Positions 1-9,200 of a DNA stretch of 64,000 bases are shown here, one piece after another. Made by a program: the position numbers and the translations under genes. Under the pieces are notes generated by a model, which ran no database searches, had not been told where the DNA came from, and was given only the letters and a program-made list of their open reading frames with translations. The DNA is taken from positions 832,001-896,000 of the forward strand of contig CAVQHD010000001.1 of assembly GCA_963712275.1 (NCBI GenBank), in the 5' to 3' direction. The DNA comes from an uncultured Rhabdochlamydiaceae bacterium (GTDB lineage: Bacteria > Chlamydiota > Chlamydiia > Chlamydiales > Rhabdochlamydiaceae). Position 1 is the first letter of the stretch, and every line of letters starts with the position of its first letter.

Positions 1-902
1 CTCTTTTTTCTATAATAAGTTACTGCTCGATAGACAACTTCTGCATCATTCTCTTCCACAAGCTGAAGAGAGGTATCTCCCTTGTTATGGTGGATTTGCA
101 ATTGATGGCTTCCGCGTAACACTTTCCAGCCTTGAGTCGCTTGAACTCTGCAGAGCTGGTTTTGATCTTTCTTTCCTAAGTCTTCCCGTGAAATCAAATG
201 AAAATGGTTAGATTTGGGAGTTGGATTGATTTCTCTCTTGTTAACGCTCTTTGTATGTTCAACGACAATAATTCCTGGACTTGAAGGGATGATCCCTATC
301 AAGAGCTTATATTTATATACATCACGTCTATAAAGAACGTTTTCGCAGGGAATTTCAACATGAGCTACACAGACATCAGAATTCCTTGCAAAGAGAGCCT
401 GATAAGGGATTGAAAAGCTGCATTCTCCCTGCAGGGGCTTGATTAATATCGCCTGATGGCCATTTAACATGAGCGAGGGCTTAAGTCCAGGCGTTCCAAT
501 CGTAGGAAAGTGTCCGACGAGCTTAAATACCGCATTCCCAGCATTGGAAGTTCGTATAATGCAAGAAGGCTCAATAGATAAAAGTAGAGGCTTATTAGAT
601 CTCACTGCCTGAGCAGCATGTGTGAGGCGGTTGTTGAAGTCTGTGATTTGGTCGTAAAACCTTTCTTCTATCGCACGAACAGCCGACATGATATAGTCTA
701 CATTGTTCTTAAACTGAACATCGACTTTGTCTAAAGACTCGTCAAGAATGTCTCTGGAAGCATTAAGAGTATTTGCAATCAGAAAACGGAGCCGTGTATC
801 AGCCTCTGTAATGGCATGAGAAGAGGCGTTTTTTAAGACTATATTTAACCGATCAACCGCTTTAAGAAGATCTCCTGCTTTATGTCGAACTGTTAAACTC
901 AT
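1..902 (-). CDS. Hypothetical protein, truncated by the window edge (MSLTVRHKAGDLLKAVDRL...)
   Basis: Not in the ORF track. Manual translation from ATG 902-900 is open to position 1; AGGA RBS upstream; follows the GNAT gene in operon-like fashion. Confidence 0.75.
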   Translation of the reverse strand, partial: MSLTVRHKAGDLLKAVDRLNIVLKNASSHAITEADTRLRFLIANTLNASRDILDESLDKVDVQFKNNVDYIMSAVRAIEERFYDQITDFNNRLTHAAQAVRSNKPLLLSIEPSCIIRTSNAGNAVFKLVGHFPTIGTPGLKPSLMLNGHQAILIKPLQGECSFSIPYQALFARNSDVCVAHVEIPCENVLYRRDVYKYKLLIGIIPSSPGIIVVEHTKSVNKREINPTPKSNHFHLISREDLGKKDQNQLCRVQATQGWKVLRGSHQLQIHHNKGDTSLQLVEENDAEVVYRAVTYYRKK

Positions 903-904
903 AT

Positions 905-1351
905 TTATCCTCGCTGTATAAATTTTTCTGTCAGAACTAAAAGTGCTGTTGGGTCGGCATATTTCTGTTGGCACCATTGATATTTTTCTAAAAGTTTCTT
1001 TGGAATGAGTTCAGGATGGGAGCAGACAGCAAACCCGCATTGTACGTAAAAATGCCGAAGGTGTTCAAAAGGGATGCAATAGATAGTTTGAGAAGGGTTC
1101 GTGTGCGCGAGAAGAAACTTTATGAGTTCTTTAGCTATTCCTTTACCTCGAAAGGCTTCAAAAACATACATGCCTCCCAGCTCAAGATGTTTTTCATCAA
1201 TGGTGACAAGACGTCCAAGGCCAGCTTTTTGTCCATCGATTTCGGCAATTGCAATGATTTCATTATCAAAGTTGGAATGCATGAATTCGACTTGATCGTA
1301 ACACTGATTAACCCATGCAGCCTCTGATCGGTTAGCAAGCCTTAGAAGCAT
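905..1351 (-). CDS. GNAT family N-acetyltransferase
   Basis: ELGGMYVFEAFRGKGIAKELI acetyl-CoA binding motif A; FY..CGF motif B. Confidence 0.9.
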   Translation of the reverse strand: MLLRLANRSEAAWVNQCYDQVEFMHSNFDNEIIAIAEIDGQKAGLGRLVTIDEKHLELGGMYVFEAFRGKGIAKELIKFLLAHTNPSQTIYCIPFEHLRHFYVQCGFAVCSHPELIPKKLLEKYQWCQQKYADPTALLVLTEKFIQRG

Positions 1352-1687
1352 TTAGTAGAGCTTCCCACCCAAGATTGCCTCGGGTTTTTCTGGCATGATG
1401 AGAATCGTCTGATTTTTATCATCAGGAACTCCTAAAGTTAGAACTTCGGAGATAAAGGGTCCTATTTGCCGAGGCGGGAAATTGATAATCGCAAGGATTT
1501 TTTTACCTAGGAGCTCTTCTTTCTTATAGTAAACCGTAATCTGTGCGCTCGACCGTTTTTGACCAATTTCAGGCCCAAAATCAATGGTCAGTTTATACGC
1601 AGGTTTACGGGCCTCTGGAAAATCTTCGGCTGCAACAATGACCCCTACTCGAATATCCAGTTTATGAAAATCTTCAATTGTTGCCAT
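1352..1687 (-). CDS. csaA: tRNA-binding protein / export chaperone CsaA
   Basis: MATIEDFHKLDIRVG...FPEARKPAYKLTIDFG...SSAQIT...NFPPRQIG..SEVLTLG; start moved to ATG 1687. Confidence 0.92.
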   Translation of the reverse strand: MATIEDFHKLDIRVGVIVAAEDFPEARKPAYKLTIDFGPEIGQKRSSAQITVYYKKEELLGKKILAIINFPPRQIGPFISEVLTLGVPDDKNQTILIMPEKPEAILGGKLY

Positions 1688-1791
1688 GCAAACCTTCTTA
1701 GTTAAGATTTTAAAAACAGCGTAAGTGTACAAGAAAATTGTGGAATCGGCAAATAGTTTGTATTAAAGGGTTAGAAGCGGTAGAATAACAC

Positions 1792-1797
1792 TATAAT
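1792..1797 (+). promoter_or_regulatory. Probable sigma70-type -10 box for the leader-brnQ transcript
   Basis: Perfect TATAAT about 25 nt upstream of the leader ATG; no clear -35. Confidence 0.5.
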
Positions 1798-1821
1798 CCA
1801 GCCATTTTGGCGGGGTGTTGT

Positions 1822-1917
1822 ATGAACTACCATGAAGAGTCTACATCTGTAAGGTTAGATTTTACGCTTGTCATTGCTGGGCAAGTGGGCGTGGTGGTTG
1901 CGCTCACGCGCAGTTAA
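1822..1917 (+). CDS. Putative brnQ leader peptide, 31 aa (MNYHEESTSVRLDFTLVIAGQVGVVVALTRS)
   Basis: ATG 1822 to TAA 1917; cluster of Leu/Val/Ile codons directly upstream of a BCAA transporter. Confidence 0.7.
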   Translation: MNYHEESTSVRLDFTLVIAGQVGVVVALTRS

Positions 1918-2012
1918 AAAAACCAACACTTCTTACCCGCCGCATCTTTTTTCACAGATCCTCTGAAGAACAAGGCCTTTAACGGGCAAGAAGTGCCAAC
2001 GATGATAAGGTA
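1863..2012 (+). promoter_or_regulatory. Structured 5' leader of brnQ, candidate translational attenuator
   Basis: 1867-1880 pairs with 1996-2009 (13/14 including G-U, covers the SD); 1927-1939 pairs with 1983-1995 (12/13); hairpin 1899-1912; alternative pairing 1891-1899 with 1921-1929. Confidence 0.7.
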
Positions 2013-2015
2013 TTT

Positions 2016-3191
2016 ATGTCAATGCACGAACAGGCTTTGCCGACAAAAAAATCGAGTTTTATTACAACGGGGCTCGCTCTTTTTGCAATGTTTTTTGGAG
2101 CGGGAAATTTAATTTTTCCTCTTATGCTAGGGAAAAATGTAGGGGATAATCTGGGGCCTGCAATTGTAGGGTTTGGATTGACGGCGGTTCTTGTCCCTTT
2201 TCTTGGCCTTGCTGCGATGGTTCTTTTTCAAGCCGATTATCATCGCTTTTTTGGTCGGTTGGGAAAGATTCCAGGGGCAATACTAGTGCTCCTTTTGCAG
2301 CTGCTCCTGGGGCCTCTAGGGGTTATCCCTCGACTGGTCACTCTTATGCATGCCATGGTAAGTCCTTATTTTCCTAATTTGCCCTTAACGCTATTTAACA
2401 TTCTGATAGCTGGGGTCATTTTTGGATGTTGTATTAGACGGCAGCGGATGATTGGAGTTTTAGGGGCTATACTAACTCCGTTGATTCTAGGTTCCCTCTT
2501 AGCTTTAGTCTATGTTGGCCTTACGCATAGCTCTTCTCCAAACCCCATTTCATTGTCAGCAAAGGAGAGTTTTTATGAGGGGCTGTCAGGAGGATATAAT
2601 ACGATGGATTTGATAGCGGCTTTTCTGTTTGCAACCTTGATTCTTCCTCACTTTCAAAAAGAGGCGCATCCTATGGAAAAACAGCAGGGGTTTTTCAAGA
2701 AGATGGCTTTTTCCAGCCTAATTGCTGCTGCTCTTCTGTTTTTAACGTATATCGGACTTTGCCTCATCTCTGCTTATCATGGATGGAAGCTGGAGGCAAA
2801 TTGTCCACCGGAACAAATGCTAAGCGCTATTTCTGTGAAATTGTTGGGCCCCATTGGGGGAGGTCTTGCGGCTGTCGCTGTCATCACCGCGTGTTTGACG
2901 ACGGCAATCACCTTGACCTCAATTTTTGCTGACTACTTGAGAAAGGATCTTTGTAAAGAAAAAATCAGTCCCTTGACTGCGTTGATTGCGACATTGATCG
3001 TGGTCGTGCTCTTTGCGAACTTAGGGTTTAGAGGGATTGCCGCTTTTTTAGTCCCCATTGTGCAGATTTTGTATCCAGGTCTCATTTTGCTGACCATTCT
3101 TAATTTTCTGCATATTTTGTATGGCTACCGCAGAGTCAAGCTGCCGGTATTTTTAGCATTTGCCTGCTCGGCATTGGTGTACTTTATGTAG
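2016..3191 (+). CDS. brnQ: Branched-chain amino acid transport system II carrier protein
   Basis: GLALFAMFFGAGNLIFP, GYNTMD and ACLTTAI signatures; about 12 TM segments. Confidence 0.95.
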   Translation: MSMHEQALPTKKSSFITTGLALFAMFFGAGNLIFPLMLGKNVGDNLGPAIVGFGLTAVLVPFLGLAAMVLFQADYHRFFGRLGKIPGAILVLLLQLLLGPLGVIPRLVTLMHAMVSPYFPNLPLTLFNILIAGVIFGCCIRRQRMIGVLGAILTPLILGSLLALVYVGLTHSSSPNPISLSAKESFYEGLSGGYNTMDLIAAFLFATLILPHFQKEAHPMEKQQGFFKKMAFSSLIAAALLFLTYIGLCLISAYHGWKLEANCPPEQMLSAISVKLLGPIGGGLAAVAVITACLTTAITLTSIFADYLRKDLCKEKISPLTALIATLIVVVLFANLGFRGIAAFLVPIVQILYPGLILLTILNFLHILYGYRRVKLPVFLAFACSALVYFM

Positions 3192-3206
3192 GTGTAAAAA
3201 TCGACT

Positions 3207-4439
3207 TCAATAAAGAAAACCGAAAAGCCAGAGCGGAATTCTGCTGCCGATCCCGAGTTCAATATCGTCGAGGGCAAGATACGACTTGGGGTGAGAGGCA
3301 ATTTGAATGAAATCTTTGTTCTTCCCTCCAACTTCAAATAGGTAGTGGTTGTCGATTAGAAAGTCGCCATCAAGCGGTAATGTGACAGTATGGCTTTGTG
3401 ATAACATCGTGAGAAAATAGGTTTCTCTGATGGTGCCCTTGTCCGGATCTTTTGATGAAATTGCAAATAATTGATTTGTATTGTCAAGGTAGACTTTTTC
3501 TGGCGATTCTAGTTTAGACAATTTTTCAGATGCTTTTGAGATGGATTTAATAAGGCAAGCATCTTCTAAATGAGAAAAATACGATTTTAATGTACGCAGA
3601 TCTCCTATCTCTAGAATTTGCATGATTTTTTGCCAGTTAGGTGTAAATGGGACGGCAGTTGCGATAAACATCAGCAATTGTTTAATTTTTTTTTCACTGA
3701 CCCCGGCAAGGTGAGGGTAAATGGCGGCTAAATCCGATTCGATGGTCATATGGAAACTTTGTTCCAGTGTAATTTTATAAGCATCGATATCATTAATTTC
3801 AAAATAATATGGGTAGTAGCCTGTTTTGATATATTTGTTAAATTCGGGGATGACTTTAAGACTGTTTTTTTCTAATTTATTGATGAGTTCATCGGTGATT
3901 TTTTGATGATTTTGACACACCTCTTCTAAAGAATAGGAAGGAAACTCTAGGCCATGCATGAGTTCTAAATATTCACGGAAAGAAAGCCCCTGCATTGTAT
4001 AGGAAGCGCTACGGCGTATCAGGTCATGACTTCCTTTGTAGATTTGTAAGGCCGAGCTTCCGGAGACGAATAATTTTAAATCAATAAACGTATCGTAAAT
4101 GCTTTTTAATTCTTCAGACCAGTTAGGATATTTATGAATTTCATCAAGGGCAAGCCATTTTCCTCCATGCATCTGAAACTTCTCTGCGATTTCATAAAGT
4201 GAGAAGTTTCCTAAGGCAAAATGATCAGCTTGAACATACAGGATACGGGGATCAAACCGGTCACCGTTCGACTCTTTTAAGAGCAGTTGAACAAGTGTTG
4301 TGGTCTTGCCTACTCCCCTTTGGCCTAGAATCATCGACATACGGTGCGTCAATTTGTGCTTTCGAATGAAATACCGTTGATAAGGGGAGTTTTTGATTTT
4401 TAGAAACTGGTGGCTGATCTCTACAATTTTTTCATACAT
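3207..4439 (-). CDS. AAA+ ATPase (AAA_14 / DUF4143-type ATP-binding protein)
   Basis: Walker A GQRGVGKTT, Walker B LALDEIH, SGSS, KVYLDN, C-terminal FEVGGKNK...IPLWLFGFLY. Confidence 0.88.
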   Translation of the reverse strand: MYEKIVEISHQFLKIKNSPYQRYFIRKHKLTHRMSMILGQRGVGKTTTLVQLLLKESNGDRFDPRILYVQADHFALGNFSLYEIAEKFQMHGGKWLALDEIHKYPNWSEELKSIYDTFIDLKLFVSGSSALQIYKGSHDLIRRSASYTMQGLSFREYLELMHGLEFPSYSLEEVCQNHQKITDELINKLEKNSLKVIPEFNKYIKTGYYPYYFEINDIDAYKITLEQSFHMTIESDLAAIYPHLAGVSEKKIKQLLMFIATAVPFTPNWQKIMQILEIGDLRTLKSYFSHLEDACLIKSISKASEKLSKLESPEKVYLDNTNQLFAISSKDPDKGTIRETYFLTMLSQSHTVTLPLDGDFLIDNHYLFEVGGKNKDFIQIASHPKSYLALDDIELGIGSRIPLWLFGFLY

Positions 4440-4454
4440 AATTTAGCTATATCA

Positions 4455-4521
4455 TACAAAAACATGGAATGCAATCCAATCTTTTCCCTAGAAATAGTGG
4501 AATGCATTCCATGTTTTTGTA
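4455..4521. repeat. 24-bp inverted repeat upstream of the AAA ATPase gene
   Basis: TACAAAAACATGGAATGCAATCCA (4455-4478) vs TGGAATGCATTCCATGTTTTTGTA (4498-4521), one mismatch. Confidence 0.85.
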
Positions 4522-4625
4522 ATTTACAGAATATCAGCGACTTATAATTTCGTTCTAAGGTTGATTTCTGGACCCTTAGATTTTTCATTCACCTTTTATT
4601 GTAGAGGGAATTGCAAAACTAGAAA

Positions 4626-4693
4626 CGAAAAAGTGATTTTTCGGGGATAGTGAATGCAAACCGGTTGGCAGGCCCCGAAAAATCACTTTTTCG
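4626..4693. repeat. Subterminal 21-bp perfect inverted repeat in the IS
   Basis: CGAAAAAGTGATTTTTCGGGG / CCCCGAAAAATCACTTTTTCG with a 26-nt loop. Confidence 0.9.
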
Positions 4694-4801
4694 ATTCCAG
4701 TCTCGTAATTTTAGATGTTTTATCCAAAAAATCTTCACTGTGAGAACAAGCGGGAGCCCATTTGATCATTGGCCAGAAGACTTTTTCACCCTACAGCAAG
4801 A

Positions 4802-5974
4802 TTACGTGACCAATTTCATCAATTGGTCGGCTGTCAATACCAACACGCCAAACATAAGATGGCACGCAACCTTACTAAGTCCGCGCACCCTGAGTTTGCA
4901 AGCACCAAATTCGTCTTTCAGACGAGAATTGGTTCGTTCCGCAGCTGTCCTTTCATTATAACGCAGTGTTTCTGGGAAAATTAAATTCAGAGTTCTTCTT
5001 GCAAGACTTTCCGCTTCAAGGTCTTTTTTGAGCTGTTTGTCTGCTCTTGGATTCTTATCGATTAGGGGCTTGTGTCCGAGAGATTGGCTATGTGCGATAA
5101 TACCTGGGATGTCGTAAGCGGCATCCATGAGGTCATAGCAGTTGATGATTCTCGTGGCAGTTAAAGTGGCCAGAGGAATTGCAACCTGACTGTCATGAAC
5201 TGAAGCTGAAGTAACAATAGCGCTGACAGGGATGCCTCCGTCAATGGTATCTAAATGTAACTTGTAGCCAGTCCAGTACATTGTATTACCTTTGCTGTCT
5301 TTTTTAGCACCTTTGTCGCATGCTGTCGGTAAATCAGCCAGCATTTCTTCTAGCGTCATCGTTTTTTGTCTGTCTATGCGCGTAGGTTCGGGTTTGGCTC
5401 GTTTTTGGCCTTTTTTAGGGCGACCTTTTTTCTTTGGCTCCAATTCCTGATCCGGATCTTCACTGTTTTGCGTTGCCTTGTTCTTAGTTTTGGTTTGCGG
5501 CCGTTCTCGAGCCTCGATTGCGGTTGAATCGCGTGAATTATGCAAAACGACTTCGTTTTTCAATGTCTTTACAATCAGCGCCTCATGTGCGCGCTGAGGA
5601 AGCCCTGTTTTAGCAAACTCAGTGAAGGCTCTAGAAAAAGTAGCCTCACTAGGCAGTTCAGACAGAGATTCCCACCCACAAATACGTCGTAGGTTTTTAT
5701 CGCTTTTCAAGCGATCAATCAAAAATGTTGTCGTATCGAGATTGTATACCATTTTAACAACGAATGATCTGGCAATTGCTGAACGTGTTTTTTGTGGGCG
5801 GCCCTCACATCCGTAATAGCAAGGAAGAAAGTCTTCGATGCGTACCACTTCCAAAATAGAAACCAATTGTTGCTGCTTTTCTGTCAGTGGATCGAGCTCT
5901 TCTTCTAACCAAGCGAAAAGAGAGCCTTGAATTTTTTCCCAATATTTTGATAAAGTGTCTGTCAGCTGACCCAC
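4802..5974 (-). CDS. DDE transposase (DUF772-like N-terminus plus DDE core)
   Basis: LRRICG..PSEATFSR, RDSTAI, GYKLHL, ASVHD, MDAAYD, Y..R...ER.NSRLK. Confidence 0.92.
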   Translation of the reverse strand: MGQLTDTLSKYWEKIQGSLFAWLEEELDPLTEKQQQLVSILEVVRIEDFLPCYYGCEGRPQKTRSAIARSFVVKMVYNLDTTTFLIDRLKSDKNLRRICGWESLSELPSEATFSRAFTEFAKTGLPQRAHEALIVKTLKNEVVLHNSRDSTAIEARERPQTKTKNKATQNSEDPDQELEPKKKGRPKKGQKRAKPEPTRIDRQKTMTLEEMLADLPTACDKGAKKDSKGNTMYWTGYKLHLDTIDGGIPVSAIVTSASVHDSQVAIPLATLTATRIINCYDLMDAAYDIPGIIAHSQSLGHKPLIDKNPRADKQLKKDLEAESLARRTLNLIFPETLRYNERTAAERTNSRLKDEFGACKLRVRGLSKVACHLMFGVLVLTADQLMKLVT

Positions 5975-6088
5975 GTGGTTTGCTCCTTGCTCTGATGTGA
6001 TTGTTTGTCAGAAAGCTAATTATATCAGACGCAAGGTGTTTGTTAAAAGTGACTTGTGGTTGAAAATCGCAACGCTATTACAGAAATG

Positions 6089-6160
6089 ACGAAAGGGAAG
6101 ACTTTTTCGGAGTTGCTGTAGGTTTTGCTAAAACGGACCCGAAAAAGTCTTCCCTTTCGT
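6089..6160. repeat. Subterminal 22-bp perfect inverted repeat in the IS
   Basis: ACGAAAGGGAAGACTTTTTCGG / CCGAAAAAGTCTTCCCTTTCGT with a 28-nt loop, abutting the TIR. Confidence 0.9.
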
Positions 6161-6239
6161 TAGTTTTGCAATTCCCTCTGTAGATAAAATTTTTTTCTGT
6201 TAAATAAAAACTAAATAGTGGGGTTTATACCGATGTAAC

Positions 6240-9200
6240 ATGGCACCCTTTTTGAAGAGAATTTTCTATCTTACCCCGCTTCTTCTAACAGCTTCCCTTT
6301 TTGCCTTGCCGGAAAAGGGGGACGTTGCTGCTGGACAGGCAGACTTTTATTCTTCAGGGGGGCGGTCTCTGAAGGTCACCACCTCTGATAAAGCAATCAT
6401 TAATTATCATAAGTTTAATATCGGAGAAGGGGAGTGCGTTGAGTTTATTCAACCTTCGGTAAAGTCGTGTGTTCTCAACCGCGTCACTGGAAAAAACCAG
6501 AGCAGAATTCTAGGAAAACTGAGCTCTAATGGGCGTGTTTTTCTGGTCAACCCGAGCGGAATTTATTTTGGTCCAAAGGCTATTGTCAATACCGGCTCTT
6601 TCCTCGCTTCGACATTGAGCATTCGAGATGAGGATTTTTTAAATGACAAGTACCATTTCTTCCTGGAACCAGGGGCTGAAAAAGCACAGATCATCAATGA
6701 AGGAACCATTGCTGCCAGCCCTGAAGGTTTTGTCGCTTTTTTTGCCCCTGTCATCCAAAACCACGGAACTATTCTTGCCAAGGCTGAGAAAATTATTTTA
6801 GCGTCGGCAGAGCGCGTCGCACTGGACTTAGCGGGCGATGGCTTGATCCAATTTACCGTAGATGGAGAGCTTGAAGAGGCTCTGATTGCAAACTATGGCA
6901 CCATCGAATCGGCTCAGGGCGTCGTCGAGCTTTCAATGAGGGCTGCACAAAAAGCGATTAAAATGGTTGTCAATACTGATGGCGCCATTGCGGCTGCTGC
7001 GATCGAAGAAGTTGGTGGAGTCATTCATCTGGTCGCAGGCAGCTGTATTGCTGCCGATACAGCGCACATTGATGGAGGATCCCATGCACGAGTGATTGCT
7101 GAAGGCGCAATTGACGCCTCCAATCGACAAGAGAATAGAAAAGGAGGAACAGTCCGTCTTCTAGGAGATCACTTGCATTTGAAAGGAGCTCAGATCGATG
7201 TCTCCGGAGATGCCGGTGGAGGAGTGGTTCTGATTGGAGGAGACTATCAGGGAAAAGGTGGTATCAGGCCAGCGATTGAGACAATTTTTGATTCAAAGAC
7301 CTCTGTATTTGCCGACGCATTCAGGGTAGGAGATGGAGGAAAAGTCATTGTCTGGGCAGAGGATACGACCTATTTTGATGGCAAGATCTACGCGCGAGGA
7401 GGATCTGAGGGCGGCCATGGAGGATTTGTCGAGACATCGGGGAAGATGAACCTCGGCATAGAGACAGGATATGTCGATACCTCTGCGCCTTTAGGAAATT
7501 TTGGAAATTGGCTGCTTGACCCTAGCTCCATTACGATTGCAACTACAGGCGGAGGCACCATTGCTCAAGGTTCATCACCAAATTGTGGAAATTTTGGTAG
7601 CATAACGATTTCTGTTGCAACGATGCAAGCTGCTGCCACTAACGTAGCTCTCTGCGCTCAGAATGGAACGAGCAGCTCGATTACTGTTAATAATGCCTTT
7701 ACTATGGCTACTGGTGTTTCCCTATCTATGACCGCGGGTTCGACAAGTGTTGGTAATATCAATTTAAATGCCAACATTACTACAAGAGGACAACCTATTA
7801 CTCTAACGGGTGTTGCAGTTCTTGGAGCCGCTGTCACTTTGGATACGACGAATGCCGGAGGTTCTTCTGCAGGCGGCAATATTAGCTTTTCAAACACAAT
7901 CAATGGCGCTCAAACTTTAACCTTGACTGGGGGAACGAGCGGAATTGTAACGCTAACAGGCGCTGTCGGTGGAACAACAGCCCTCACTTCCCTTACCGCT
8001 ACCGGTGCAACCATCACACAGAGTTCGACCGCCAAAACAACAGGAGCGCTGAGTTATACAGGTTCCACAGCAATCAACATTGCGGGCAATGTGACGACAA
8101 GCGGCGGCATCATTACTATGACAGGGCCCGTTGTTACGACCAACAGCCCGACCTTCGATAGTACGAATGCAGGGGGGACAACAGCCGGAGCAAACATCAA
8201 CTTCACAAGCACGTTGAATAGTACAACGGCGATTTCGATCCGGGCTGGCACTGGAGGCACAGTGACATTTAGCGGGGCAGTGGGCAATACGGCTTCTCCG
8301 ACAAATCTTTCGTTTGTTAGCGCAGGCCTCATTCAAATCGGCAATAATATCACGGTGACAGGAGCAAATCCGCTGACCTTCCCCAGCCCCGTCAGCTTGA
8401 CAGGGGCAAGTATCATCACCTCGAACAATGCCAACATCTCCTTTAATAGCACCTTGAATGGAGCGCAAATCCTAGCTCTAGTAGGAGGAACAGGGACCAC
8501 GACGTTTACGGGGGCGGTTGGCGGTACGGCTTCTTTGACGAGTTTGTCTGCGATAGCCGCGACTATCACACAGAGCTCAACTGCCAAAACGACAGGAGCA
8601 CTCAGCTATACAGGCTCAACTGCAATCAACATTGCGGGCAATGACACGACGAGCGGCGGCGTCATTACCATGACAGGACCTGTTACACTGAATGGCAATG
8701 TTGTTGTGGATGCGACAAATGGCGGGGTATCGGCAGGAGGCGCCAACATCACCCTGACGAGTACGGTCAATGGGGCTGATAACCTGACTTTGACAGGGGG
8801 AACCGGAGGAGTGGTCTCTTTTGGAGCAGCGGGTGCAACGACAGCCCTGACAACACTCACTGCCTCGGGAGCGACGATCAATCAAAATTCCACCGCAAAA
8901 ACAACAGGAGCGCTGAGTTATACGGGCTCGACTGTAATCAATATTGCGGGGAATGTGACGACAAGCGGCGGTATCATAACAATGACAGGGCCCGTTGTTA
9001 CGACCAACAGCCCCACTTTCGATAGCACGAATGCAGGAGGGACAACAGCCGGAGCAAACATCAACTTCACAAATACGTTGAATAGTACAACGGCGATTTC
9101 GATCCGGGCTGGCACTGGAGGCACAGCGACATTTAGCGGGGCCGTGGGCAATACGACTCTTCCGACAAATTTATCCTTCGTCAGCGCGAATCTCATTCAA

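Larger units (their letters stand above)
4604..6178 (-). mobile_element. Complete insertion sequence (IS1182/IS5-like), 1575 bp
   Basis: 18-bp perfect TIRs GAGGGAATTGCAAAACTA (4604-4621 / 6161-6178); TGTA target duplication at 4600-4603 and 6179-6182; intact transposase. Confidence 0.93.

Noticed and set aside
1921..1952. Classical Rho-independent attenuator terminator in the brnQ leader
   Set aside because: The U tract at 1947-1952 lacks an immediately preceding compact GC hairpin; SD sequestration fits better, though termination is not excluded
4650..4984. Small plus-strand ORFs within the IS
   Set aside because: Antisense to the transposase or spanning the hairpin; no motifs
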